From a virus, in the IMG/VR virus record IMGVR_UViG_3300029258_004419: a DNA stretch of 64,000 bases; one strand, 5' to 3'. Shown one piece after another: positions 43,210 to 51,970 of this stretch. Position 1 is the first letter of the stretch, and each line of letters begins with the position of its first letter. The notes below the pieces were generated by a model. It made no database searches and was not told the origin of the DNA. It saw only the letters and a program-made list of their open reading frames with translations. The translations under genes were made by a program, and so were the position numbers.

Positions 43210-43772
43210 CACTCACCTCTCATTCCGTAGAGGACCCCAAACATCAGTGCCTTCCGAGCCTTTCGACTACGGTCGTCGGGGGCAGCGTCGATGAAGCGGG
43301 CCGCGTCCTCTGTTGATCCCTCTCGGATGATGCGAGTAGCCTCGAGGAGCTCATCCTTGGTGGCGCCAGCGATGTCGCCCTTGTCGGTCACGCTCACGAC
43401 TCCTTCATCGAACTCGAATCCGAGAGAGAAGAATCCGCCGTCGTAGCGATTGCCATGAGCCGCGATGGTCCTCGTGACGCCGTCCTTGGTGATGATGAGC
43501 TCCTCGCTGTTGCCCTTGTCCACACGTTCGAGACTGGCCACATCGAGGAACTTGGCAAGAGCGCGCATCCGTCGCTCGAGCTTCTCCTTGACATCGTCAG
43601 CGACGCAGGCTGGGTCCGAGTAGTGCACGCGGACGATTGGGTTGAGGCAGCGCCCAGCGATGTAGGCACTGAGGAGCTGCGCGACCGCCGGCATCCCTAG
43701 CTCCTCTCGCAGACGGCGCTCCATCTCGTTGATGTCCTGAACAGACATCGAATCCAGCTTCGTAGTTCTCAT
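43209..43772 (-). CDS. hypothetical protein whose C-terminus carries a DNA polymerase I motif-B (O-helix)-like segment
   Basis: The C-terminal RSRKARKALMFGVLYGM aligns to PolA RRAAKTINFGVLYGM. The protein ends 4 aa later. The rest has no PolA similarity. Confidence 0.65.
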   Translation of the reverse strand: MRTTKLDSMSVQDINEMERRLREELGMPAVAQLLSAYIAGRCLNPIVRVHYSDPACVADDVKEKLERRMRALAKFLDVASLERVDKGNSEELIITKDGVTRTIAAHGNRYDGGFFSLGFEFDEGVVSVTDKGDIAGATKDELLEATRIIREGSTEDAARFIDAAPDDRSRKARKALMFGVLYGMRGE

Positions 43773-44369
43773 CTAGTCCTCCCTCCTCTTTTTCCTTTTG
43801 TTGAGCTTGTCCAGATACTTCTGCCTGAGGTCTGGGAGGCCCTGCATGAGCTCATCGTAGTCGAACAGACCGAACACCTCCTGGATGTAGATCTCCTCCT
43901 CACTCCACTCGACGATGGTATCCTTGTAGAGATCGACGTAAGAACACTCCCTACGCCTCCCCTCGATGAACGCCACCCCCCTCCTACGGAGCCTCCACAG
44001 CCCAGAATCTTTTTTCCTGGTGTCGGTGTTCAGCTGCGTCTCGATCAACTTCCAGTGCTTACCGAACCAGGCATGCTGCCCGTTGGAGAATGGCTTGGTG
44101 AGCGGGTGTCTTCGTACATCGATCCAAGGGAATCTCCCCAGCAACCAGTTCACCCTCGAGCAGCTACTTTTGCTAGCCTCATAGAGACCGAAGAGGAAAT
44201 GGGAGTGGTACATCTTGATCGTATTGCGATACACCTTGGCGAGTCCGTCGCAGACCCCGCACACACACCCATTCTTATCGAATCGGTGTAGCATCACCCA
44301 CTCTCGGGCGATCTGGATGTCGATATGAATGGGGAATTCGGTTGGAGGGTACTTCTTCAAGCTCGGCAT
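43773..44369 (-). CDS. hypothetical protein, paralog of CDS 30140..30631
   Basis: Trimmed to ATG 44369 (TGATG-type overlap). Contains CVCGVC..AKVYRNTI...WKLIE...SGLWRLRRRGVAF. Confidence 0.65.
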   Translation of the reverse strand: MPSLKKYPPTEFPIHIDIQIAREWVMLHRFDKNGCVCGVCDGLAKVYRNTIKMYHSHFLFGLYEASKSSCSRVNWLLGRFPWIDVRRHPLTKPFSNGQHAWFGKHWKLIETQLNTDTRKKDSGLWRLRRRGVAFIEGRRRECSYVDLYKDTIVEWSEEEIYIQEVFGLFDYDELMQGLPDLRQKYLDKLNKRKKRRED

Positions 44370-45592
44370 TAATCCTCCCAAATGTCGCTGATCTCCTCTG
44401 CGCAACCGCAGTCCGGAGTAGCGACAGGGTCGTAGTCCTTGTCATCGAGCAGCTGCACACCCCGGAGGGGCTGTCGGCTGCGGTGAGTGAAGAGCAGGTC
44501 AGTAGTTCCTCGGACGCCTTCCCTCACGGTGTCGTCGATCAGGCAGGCGTCTTCCCACTCGTCAGGGCGGTCGCGCTTCATCCGCGCCCACTCGGCGTCG
44601 GAGTGGTAGGGACAGCCGATGCAGCTCGAGCGAGGAGGGATGGGATAGCCCATCGCGGACATCCACTCCACGCAGCCCTGCCGGCTCACGTCGAGCTCGA
44701 GCAGTGGCCAGCGTACACGTACCCAGGTCTCGTCCGCGGGCCGGGCCCGCTGGTTCTCGTCGGTGCTGATGCCCAGCCACTGCTCGACCTTGCGCAAGCC
44801 GACATGCTGTCCCTTGCGGAGACCGAAGAGCTCCTTCACCTTGCGCATGATCGGCAGGAGCTTGTACTCCCTCGTGCAGAGCCGGCGCAGCCTGCCCTTG
44901 CTGCCGGAGGCGTCCAGGGTGTAGAGCGGGGGCCCTGCCCACCTAGCTCCGTCCAGCGCGCTGGACATCATGTCGTGACGGATGTTCCCGCCGGTCACCC
45001 GATGGACAGGAAACGGTACCACGCGCTCGAGCCAGTCGAGGTGCCGGTAGACCGCGGCTGGCTCCCAGCCCGTGTCCGAGAAGATGGCGCAGTCGGGCCT
45101 GCTGATGACTCCCTCGGCCACCATCAAGGCGATGGCCGTGGACTGGACGCCGGCGCCGAGGGACAGGGCGTGCAGGGTGGCAGGATGGGGTCGGAAGATC
45201 AGGCGCCCGAACCGGGGGTGGACGAGGCCGATCCCCTTGAGATCCTCCTGGGGGTCGGAGTAGCTGCCGCGGCGCTCCTCTTCCTCGACCACGGCCTGGA
45301 AGCCCTCGGGTGTCAGTGAAAACCCTGGGATGTGCCAGCCGGGGTGGTCGGCCGCGATGTTCGTGGCCTCGATGGCTCCGTAGTCGACGCCGGCGCAGAG
45401 GACCTCGCAGACCTTCTCCATCGGCCTGTTGTAGTCCCGTGGGTCGACGCTGCGCGGGCCGCCGAACTTCTTGGCCGCGATCTTCACTGCCTGTGGCACG
45501 AGGGCGTTGTCGGGCCCCACATCCAGGACGGAGAGGACGGCGAACTCGTCGTGCTCGAGGCGCCTGATCCAGTAGCCCAGCGTGTGCTTCAT
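44369..45592 (-). CDS. PAPS-reductase-like (adenine-nucleotide alpha-hydrolase) protein with ~110-aa N-terminal extension
   Basis: The SLGAGVQSTAIALM P-loop-like motif and downstream pattern are typical of phage PAPS-reductase-family proteins. 407 aa. Confidence 0.7.
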   Translation of the reverse strand: MKHTLGYWIRRLEHDEFAVLSVLDVGPDNALVPQAVKIAAKKFGGPRSVDPRDYNRPMEKVCEVLCAGVDYGAIEATNIAADHPGWHIPGFSLTPEGFQAVVEEEERRGSYSDPQEDLKGIGLVHPRFGRLIFRPHPATLHALSLGAGVQSTAIALMVAEGVISRPDCAIFSDTGWEPAAVYRHLDWLERVVPFPVHRVTGGNIRHDMMSSALDGARWAGPPLYTLDASGSKGRLRRLCTREYKLLPIMRKVKELFGLRKGQHVGLRKVEQWLGISTDENQRARPADETWVRVRWPLLELDVSRQGCVEWMSAMGYPIPPRSSCIGCPYHSDAEWARMKRDRPDEWEDACLIDDTVREGVRGTTDLLFTHRSRQPLRGVQLLDDKDYDPVATPDCGCAEEISDIWED

Positions 45593-46251
45593 TTCAGCCC
45601 CATCCTCTCGAAGTAGTCGCCGCGGCGGCTATCCTCGTTGGCGCAGTACTCGACAGCATTGGAGAAGCTACTGTCGCTGATCTTCATGATGTTGCCAAAG
45701 CTGCGGTGCTTCCACTCGCAGCAGTAGATCGTCCCCCTGGGAGTGATGGTCATATCGTAGCAGGCACTGACGTCGTGCTCGTCCTCTCCCCAGCTCTTTG
45801 CTCGGCCGAGAGCCTGGATGTGCGAGGGCTTGTGGAAGCCCGACCGGCGGATACCGAACTCGTTGGCCTGCCTGCAGCCGTAGTCGATCCAGTGCTGCTT
45901 GACGATGTTGATGTCGTGGTAGCCGTCCTCCGGGTCGGACACCCCCACGTAGAGCAGCTCGGCGCGGGCCAGGGCCTGCAGTACCCGGAACACGTCGAGG
46001 TCGGAGGTGCCGTTGGTGACCAGCCCGGGCTGGCTCCACTCGTTGCCCACGAGAGACCGAGCTACGAACTCCAAGAAGAGTGGGTGCAGCGTGGGCTCTC
46101 CTCCCCCAAGGAAGATGTTGAGGCCGTAATCCCCGGCCAGCTCCACCGCGCGCAGGAAGACCTCCCGCTTCATGTCCTCGCCTCGGGGGCCGCACGAGAA
46201 CAGGCAGTGCGAGCAGCTCATGTTGCAGCGAGTGGTGATCTGCACGTACAT
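45589..46251 (-). CDS. radical SAM enzyme
   Basis: CNMSCSHC is a CxxxCxxC motif at residues 9-16. The GGEPTLHP motif follows. ATGA overlap with the next gene. Confidence 0.85.
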   Translation of the reverse strand: MYVQITTRCNMSCSHCLFSCGPRGEDMKREVFLRAVELAGDYGLNIFLGGGEPTLHPLFLEFVARSLVGNEWSQPGLVTNGTSDLDVFRVLQALARAELLYVGVSDPEDGYHDINIVKQHWIDYGCRQANEFGIRRSGFHKPSHIQALGRAKSWGEDEHDVSACYDMTITPRGTIYCCEWKHRSFGNIMKISDSSFSNAVEYCANEDSRRGDYFERMGLK

Positions 46252-46587
46252 CTACTTCTCCTTGGGCTTGCGCGCCTCCGCGAACTCCCCGAGCTCGAGA
46301 ACCTTGTCGCAGATCTCGGCCATCCCCTTGTAGGTGGGCAGCCCCAGCTTCTCCCGGGCCCGGTCGAGGGCCTCCTCGAGGTCCCGCCTGGGAAGGTGGA
46401 CGATCATGATGTCGCCGTCTCGCTCGAGCGGGTCGATGCGCTCGACCACGGGCACCCTTGCCACCTCTGTGCAGGTAGCCCGGGAGTCCTCGCCTTCCCC
46501 CTCGTAGGTGAGGCTGGTGATACGGACGGCGACGCGGTTCATCCTCTCCGAATCGACGGAGGGGATACGGACGATTCTGGCTTTCAT
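46252..46587 (-). CDS. hypothetical protein
   Basis: 111 aa. Its stop abuts the radical-SAM start. Confidence 0.65.
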   Translation of the reverse strand: MKARIVRIPSVDSERMNRVAVRITSLTYEGEGEDSRATCTEVARVPVVERIDPLERDGDIMIVHLPRRDLEEALDRAREKLGLPTYKGMAEICDKVLELGEFAEARKPKEK

Positions 46588-46590
46588 GGC

Positions 46591-47208
46591 CTACTCCTTG
46601 GGTTCGGTTAGCTGTTCTCCGCACTCATCGCAGTGCCAGCAGTCGTCGTCCCCGGTCTTGCAGCGGTGCATCCGCGCCTGGCACTTCGAGCACCGAACGA
46701 CGAGCGGTCTGATGTCCTCCTCCGGGAACGCCTCGAGGTGATCCGGATCGGTGTTGAAGCACACGTCGTACATCCACACCAGCTTCCTGGCGAGGATGTA
46801 GCCCTTCCCGGCTCCACGACCAGGAGCAGAGCACATCATCCGAGGAACGCGCACGTCGTCCCCCTCCTCGAACTCTGGTGCGGGGACGTCCTTGAGCTTC
46901 ACCGAGAAGCGGTCGTGTAGGTAGGGCGGCGCGTCCGGATCGTTCTCCGGAGGCATCCCATCCTCACCGATACGGGCCATGAATGCCACGGAGACCGCAG
47001 CCACCTGTAGCAGGCGCTTCCTGGCCTCCACGGAGGCGTGAGGCTTGCGGACGTCCACCTCCTCGAGCTTGACGATACGCTTGCGCAGCGTCCGCAGCCA
47101 CTCCTCGAAGTTGATCTTCTCGTTGAGATCTCCCCAGAGGAACTCCTGCACCCGCCTCGCCGCCTCGATGGCCTGACCGACGATCGTGAACTCGCTCTCC
47201 CGGATCAC
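46591..47208 (-). CDS. hypothetical protein with C-terminal Zn-ribbon
   Basis: Trimmed to GTG 47208 (GTGA overlap). Contains CSKC...C..C.ECG. Confidence 0.6.
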   Translation of the reverse strand: MIRESEFTIVGQAIEAARRVQEFLWGDLNEKINFEEWLRTLRKRIVKLEEVDVRKPHASVEARKRLLQVAAVSVAFMARIGEDGMPPENDPDAPPYLHDRFSVKLKDVPAPEFEEGDDVRVPRMMCSAPGRGAGKGYILARKLVWMYDVCFNTDPDHLEAFPEEDIRPLVVRCSKCQARMHRCKTGDDDCWHCDECGEQLTEPKE

Positions 47209-47753
47209 GACGCACCTCTCTTTCCAGGGCTCACCTCGCCCACCCTGGCTTGGCCTACCCAGTGGCAGCTCCAGCAAATGTAGAACGAGGCGGAGCCCGG
47301 ACGATCGTCGTCGAGCAGGTGACCCACGGTCTGGGTGCAACACTTCGGGCATGTCGCCTTCGGTACATGCCGCACAGAGTAGCTCGACTTGGTGACATCG
47401 GGCACGTCAACGTGAGTAGGGTCCGGGACCCACAGCCGCCCGCATCCATCACAACGCAAGGACGAAGACCCGACAAACCCGCGCAAGGTCCCCTTCTTGC
47501 AGATCGGGCAGAGCATCCCATTCTCGACCGTGGGGTAGGCCTCGAGGTGACCCCTCCAGTAGCTCTTGCCCTTGTCGGTCAGCGAGAACTCCACCCGTTC
47601 CTGGACATAGCCGTTGGTCTTGAGCTGGCTGACCGCAGCCCAGATCTGATCCTTGGAGAACCCAGGGATGTCCTTGTCGAGTGCGCGGATGGTGGACTTA
47701 CCATCCCGGAACAGCGCCTCCAGTACCTTCTCTTTCGTGACCTCGATGCTCAT
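47205..47753 (-). CDS. winged-helix plus Zn-ribbon protein
   Basis: The N-terminus KVLEALFRDGKSTIRALDKDIPGFSKDQIWAAVSQLKTNGYV is wHTH-like. It is followed by CPIC..C.GCG and CPKC...CWSC. Confidence 0.65.
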   Translation of the reverse strand: MSIEVTKEKVLEALFRDGKSTIRALDKDIPGFSKDQIWAAVSQLKTNGYVQERVEFSLTDKGKSYWRGHLEAYPTVENGMLCPICKKGTLRGFVGSSSLRCDGCGRLWVPDPTHVDVPDVTKSSYSVRHVPKATCPKCCTQTVGHLLDDDRPGSASFYICWSCHWVGQARVGEVSPGKRGAS

Positions 47754-47756
47754 CTC

Positions 47757-48083
47757 TTACTCCAGCCAGGCGGGCGCTTCCCAGCGTCCGGTTTCAGGGT
47801 TCTTCTCTGCCAGGGCCTCTGCGAGATCCGACCAGAGATCCCCGTAGGTCCACCCGCACGACATGAAGTCCTTGCGGATCTGAGCACAGATGCGACACGT
47901 CTTGTAGGTGCCGAACGACCCGTCCCACTTCCCCCGCACGAGCTCGTAACGGTCGCCCTTCTTGATCAGCTCGTGGCACTCGCAGCAGCGGTGCTCCTTG
48001 TGGGCTGTGACCATCTTCTCTGTGAAGAACTCGGGCTCCTCGTAGTCGGCGGAGGTGCACACACAGGTGAACATTTCGGACAT
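47757..48083 (-). CDS. hypothetical Cys-rich protein
   Basis: 108 aa. Contains CVC...CCEC...CRIC. Confidence 0.65.
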   Translation of the reverse strand: MSEMFTCVCTSADYEEPEFFTEKMVTAHKEHRCCECHELIKKGDRYELVRGKWDGSFGTYKTCRICAQIRKDFMSCGWTYGDLWSDLAEALAEKNPETGRWEAPAWLE

Positions 48084-48092
48084 GCTGTCCTC

Positions 48093-48392
48093 CTACCAGT
48101 CGAAGACAGTCAACCCCTCGACGGTCGGGCCGTCTCGGTCGAGCCGCAGGAAGGAACAGTTCTCCTTCTTGCAGCGCATCAGGATGGCGAGGAGCGCGTC
48201 GCTGTAGCCCAGCTCCTTCATCGTGACCCAGTCCGACGGCTCCACGTTGATGAGCCACCCGTACTCCCCGAGAGGGTATCTGACCGGAGGATGGCCGATT
48301 GCCTCCTGGTCGAGCCTGGCAGCATCCTCTCTGGTGATGTGGGCCGTGCTGATGTCGGCCACGAAGTACTTCGGCAGGTGTCCAGTGCCCAT
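48093..48392 (-). CDS. hypothetical protein
   Basis: 99 aa. Normal composition. Confidence 0.65.
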   Translation of the reverse strand: MGTGHLPKYFVADISTAHITREDAARLDQEAIGHPPVRYPLGEYGWLINVEPSDWVTMKELGYSDALLAILMRCKKENCSFLRLDRDGPTVEGLTVFDW

Positions 48393-48393
48393 G

Positions 48394-48900
48394 TCAGTCC
48401 TCCTCCCCGCTCGTATCGCTCGTCACCTCGGGAGCCGAAGCCCCCCGCCGGAACGAGACCCGATGCGTCTCCTCCGGAGGGATTCGCTCCTTCTGCATCG
48501 TGTCGAGGGGGACGGGCCACCGCGGGTTGCGCTCGAGCGGCCGCATCAGGATACCGCCGTCGAAGGAGAGCTGCGAGAACACCACGCGGCGCTCGTCGGA
48601 CAGCACGAGGAACGTGCCCATCCAGGGCTCGTCCTCGAGGGAGAGCTCACACCAGCGGCCGTAGATCCGGCACTCGCGCTCGAGCGCCTCGTAGGCCCAG
48701 GCCTCCAGGAACTCTACCCCTGGCGGGATGTCGGTCAGGGCGATGTCGATCCGGGCCATCCCCATCTCGATGTGGTGCACCTCGATCTTCTCATCGAACT
48801 CGGCGAAGTCCCAGATGGACATTCCGTAGAAGAGCTTGAAGAGGTTGCAGGCGTCGGTGTCTGCATAGATCATTCCGTAGAACTTCCTCGATACGGACAT
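48394..48900 (-). CDS. hypothetical protein
   Basis: ATG 48900 follows GGGAGG. First gene behind promoter-like box 48927-48949. Confidence 0.7.
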   Translation of the reverse strand: MSVSRKFYGMIYADTDACNLFKLFYGMSIWDFAEFDEKIEVHHIEMGMARIDIALTDIPPGVEFLEAWAYEALERECRIYGRWCELSLEDEPWMGTFLVLSDERRVVFSQLSFDGGILMRPLERNPRWPVPLDTMQKERIPPEETHRVSFRRGASAPEVTSDTSGEED

Positions 48901-48926
48901 CAGTACCTCCCGTAAGTAGTGGGTTC

Positions 48927-48949
48927 GGATTCATAGATCTTATACCAGG
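48927..48949 (-). promoter_or_regulatory. promoter-like box (minus strand CCTGGTATAAGATCTATGAATCC)
   Basis: Lies in the 92-nt intergenic gap. Carries the GGTATAAG-N5-ATGAA core. Confidence 0.5.
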
Positions 48950-48992
48950 TAATGAGAAGAGCCGACGGGCTCTTCTGGAGGGGTGCGGAGAC

Positions 48993-49223
48993 CTACTTGT
49001 AGCTGTCCCAGTCGAGGGGACCGTCTTCACACTCCTCTCGCTCGGACTCTCGGCGCTCGATCTCCTCGGAGATGATGGCCGATGCCTCGTCCATCGTCAG
49101 TGCGTCGAGAGCCGGACTCGTGTAGCCGAGGTCCATCTCGTCGATGGTCTCCTTCTGTCGTGCCGTCGCCATCCGCGGGCGAGTGCGAGGCTTGATGCCC
49201 CTGGTGTTCTGGAACCCTGCCAT
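48993..49223 (-). CDS. hypothetical protein
   Basis: Trimmed to ATG 49223, after AGGAGGTGGG. 76 aa. Confidence 0.55.
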   Translation of the reverse strand: MAGFQNTRGIKPRTRPRMATARQKETIDEMDLGYTSPALDALTMDEASAIISEEIERRESEREECEDGPLDWDSYK

Positions 49224-49489
49224 CACCCACCTCCTGTCTGGACACCGATCTTGATGATGGCCGTAGCCAGTCGGGAAGCGGCGGTGGCCTGGATCCACTC
49301 GCCGACCTTGATCGCGTCCTCGGTATCTCCCCACTGCAGCTCGCTCTTGTGCTTCCACAGGCCTGCCTCAGCGAGCATGTTCCACACCCGGTCCTCGACC
49401 GCGGCGTCCAGCAGCTTGGTGAGGTTGTCGGGTGTGAGCCCCGGCCGAAGGGCCTGCACCATCTCGTGGAGCTCGCTCTCACTGATCAT
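49223..49489 (-). CDS. hypothetical protein
   Basis: Trimmed to ATG 49489, after GGAGGC. 88 aa. Confidence 0.55.
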   Translation of the reverse strand: MISESELHEMVQALRPGLTPDNLTKLLDAAVEDRVWNMLAEAGLWKHKSELQWGDTEDAIKVGEWIQATAASRLATAIIKIGVQTGGG

Positions 49490-49799
49490 CCATGCCTCCC
49501 ATCTCTCGGAGTCGCTGACGCGCGAACTCCAGCCGCATCGTCGCCCTGACCCGCGGGTCGGAGATGGGCCCGAAGCGGCGGTTGTCTCCTGTCGGGTAGG
49601 GGCGGGCGTTGCTCGGCTGGGTGGGATCCTTCTGGTTGAACCAGTCGGAGAACATCTCACCGTGGATGCCGAACGCCTCGCCCACCCGACGGTGTGCTTC
49701 TGCGATCTCCTCGGGGCTCATCCCCTGCACCCGAGGATCGGGTCCGCGTCTGGGAGCCTGCCCCAGGGCCTCCCTGACCCAGTCCTCGAGGGTCTTCAC
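49479..49799 (-). CDS. hypothetical protein
   Basis: Trimmed to GTG 49799 (GTGA overlap). The start is uncertain and an internal ATG is possible. Confidence 0.5.
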   Translation of the reverse strand: MKTLEDWVREALGQAPRRGPDPRVQGMSPEEIAEAHRRVGEAFGIHGEMFSDWFNQKDPTQPSNARPYPTGDNRRFGPISDPRVRATMRLEFARQRLREMGGMDDQ

Positions 49800-50404
49800 G
49801 CCACCAGGCCCACGAAGCGGTAGTCGATCCGCTTCTTCAAGTCGGCCGTCCGCAGGCTCCACGCGAGAGGGGGATGCTCGGCGAGGGAGGCCACGTTGGC
49901 CGCGGCCACGCGGGGGGAGGGGAACGGACCGTAGAGGTGGCCGTTGCGCCAGTTGGAGCAGTGCCAGTAGAGCGGCGTCTCCCAGTCGTCGTCCTCGGAC
50001 TTCAGCAGGGCGACGTTGTGGCCCTTGGCCTTCCAGCCCACTCTCCAGAGGACGGTCAGCAGACCGACGGGAGCGTAGGACCTGCCGTTGTCGTCGACGA
50101 ACTCGTCCCGTGCAGCGTCGAGGATCCACACCGCGAACTCGTCGCAGTCGCGGCCGGCGATGCGCGTGCCCTCCTCGAAGTACCGGGGCCAGCCGATGGC
50201 ATCGCCGAGCTCGTGCAGGATCGTGTCCTTCCGCCACTCTTTGCTGCGAATCACGTTGCGCAGGTCGTAGTGGGTGTGACGAGGGCGAACGTGCCCCTCG
50301 AACCCGCGCTGGAGCTTCGACTTCCGGTAGATGTTCCGGCTCCACCAGAAGTAGAGACCGAGATAGAGGAGGAAGAAGAGGCCGACGCGGTAGATGAGAT
50401 TCAT
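49796..50404 (-). CDS. membrane-anchored transglutaminase-like/papain-fold Cys protease candidate
   Basis: Trimmed to ATG 50404. N-terminal TM helix. GRDCDEFAVWILD then KGHNVALL..DDD resembles a BTLCP-type Cys-His-Asp arrangement. Confidence 0.5.
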   Translation of the reverse strand: MNLIYRVGLFFLLYLGLYFWWSRNIYRKSKLQRGFEGHVRPRHTHYDLRNVIRSKEWRKDTILHELGDAIGWPRYFEEGTRIAGRDCDEFAVWILDAARDEFVDDNGRSYAPVGLLTVLWRVGWKAKGHNVALLKSEDDDWETPLYWHCSNWRNGHLYGPFPSPRVAAANVASLAEHPPLAWSLRTADLKKRIDYRFVGLVA

Positions 50405-50406
50405 GC

Positions 50407-51063
50407 CTACTCCCCAGGCCAGAGCTTCTCGCGGAACCAGTGGATGGTCGGAGCGAGGATGTCGTCCTTGATGTCGCGCTCGCCGTCGTGGAGCGGGAAC
50501 CCGTCGTCGTGGTCGACCGACCAGGCAGGGACGTGGATCTCCACCCCCGGAGCAGGCTCGAACATCGCGGCTCCCTGCTCCGGGAAGTACGTCCGGACGA
50601 CGCAGGGTGTCTCCCCGTGGTAGCAACGGCGGCCGATGAGATCCGGAAACTTGTTGCCCCCTACTGGGGCCTTCCAGAGGCACACCGGATGCTCCATCAG
50701 CCTGATGATGAGCTGCCGCACGCTGATCAGCGCCTCGGTCACCTCCCGGAAGCCGAACCCATAGACGAGACGCTCGTCGAAGTAGATTCGGCAGCTGCCA
50801 CCCTTGCGCACCTCGTCTCCGGACAGGCCCGAGGTCTTGAGGTAGTTGTGCTCGCTCATCTCGATCCTGGTGCAGGGGCGGTGGCCGTCGAAGCCGATGG
50901 GCTCTCCGCCAGGCCGAAGGACCACGTAGTCGGTGTTGTCCCTCCTGGAGTGTGGGTGCTCTCCGTGGAAGATGGGCACCTTCCTCTGTCGGTCTCCGGT
51001 GCCGAAGAGGACCTCTCCGTACTGGTCCAGGCGGTTGCCTGGACCCCACTCCTGATCGCTCAT
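50407..51063 (-). CDS. hypothetical protein
   Basis: Trimmed to ATG 51063, after GGAGG (ATGA overlap). 218 aa. Confidence 0.65.
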   Translation of the reverse strand: MSDQEWGPGNRLDQYGEVLFGTGDRQRKVPIFHGEHPHSRRDNTDYVVLRPGGEPIGFDGHRPCTRIEMSEHNYLKTSGLSGDEVRKGGSCRIYFDERLVYGFGFREVTEALISVRQLIIRLMEHPVCLWKAPVGGNKFPDLIGRRCYHGETPCVVRTYFPEQGAAMFEPAPGVEIHVPAWSVDHDDGFPLHDGERDIKDDILAPTIHWFREKLWPGE

Positions 51064-51359
51064 GTGGAACCTCCTTCCGCCGCCTTGTCCCAACTGCGAC
51101 TGTCGCGCAGGTTCTCCAGCAGACGTCTCCGCTCGGCCTCGACCTCGTTCAGATCGATGCCGAAAAAGTCGGCCAAGAGCTGCTCGGTGCGCTTGGAAGT
51201 AGGCCAGTAGTTGTCGACCTCGCTGCCCGTATCCTCGCAGATCGTGTATCCCTGCTCACCGAGCCACTCGATGAACTCGCCGATGATCTGGCTCCCCTGA
51301 TTGCGGGCCGAGGACATCCTGCGACACTCGTCCAGTCGCTCTCTGCTCTCCTCACTCAT
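51060..51359 (-). CDS. hypothetical protein
   Basis: Trimmed to ATG 51359, after GGAGG (ATGA overlap). 99 aa. Confidence 0.6.
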   Translation of the reverse strand: MSEESRERLDECRRMSSARNQGSQIIGEFIEWLGEQGYTICEDTGSEVDNYWPTSKRTEQLLADFFGIDLNEVEAERRRLLENLRDSRSWDKAAEGGST

Positions 51360-51970
51360 CTCGTACCTCCTGGTGGTAGGATGCTGATCTTGCACGGCCA
51401 CGACGAGCTCTCGTTAGGACGCCAGACGAACCAGGCGTAGTCGCTCATGTCGTTGCCTCCGCCCAGGAACTTGGGCCTGGCAGAGAGTACGTAGATGTGC
51501 TCGGGAGCCAGATCGTCCTGATGCCACCACTCGTAGCGCTTCACCGAAGACAGCATCGGCAGGCGCATCAGGAATGCGACGAAGTCGAAGAGGTGAGGGC
51601 CGCGCACGCACTCCTCGATGAACTCCTGGTTGAACGTGAACGGTGGGTTGGTGATGACGCTCCGGGCGAAGGGCACGTCCCTGGGATCCATCTGAAGGAA
51701 GTTCGCGATGACGACGCCCTCTGTGATAGACTTGAGACTTTCCTCGTGACCTGGCTGGATGTCCACGGCTGCAGTTCGGTAGCCGAAGAGCTCGATGACG
51801 CTGATGAGGTGCCCCTCGCCGGCGCAGGGATCTAGGAATGGCCCGGAGACTTCGGGGTACTCCTTCCGTAGCACCTCCGTGATGAACTGGTTGGTGACCC
51901 ACGTCGGGGTCGGGTAGTTATCGGTCGGACGGTCCGCGAGGGCTTCGTCCGCCGCTCGTCGACGACTCAC
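51356..51970 (-). CDS. DNA N6-adenine methyltransferase (NPPF motif)
   Basis: Trimmed to GTG 51970 (GTGA overlap). NYPTPTW, motif I FLDPCAGEGHL and motif IV VITNPPFT are all present. Confidence 0.8.
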   Translation of the reverse strand: MSRRRAADEALADRPTDNYPTPTWVTNQFITEVLRKEYPEVSGPFLDPCAGEGHLISVIELFGYRTAAVDIQPGHEESLKSITEGVVIANFLQMDPRDVPFARSVITNPPFTFNQEFIEECVRGPHLFDFVAFLMRLPMLSSVKRYEWWHQDDLAPEHIYVLSARPKFLGGGNDMSDYAWFVWRPNESSSWPCKISILPPGGTR

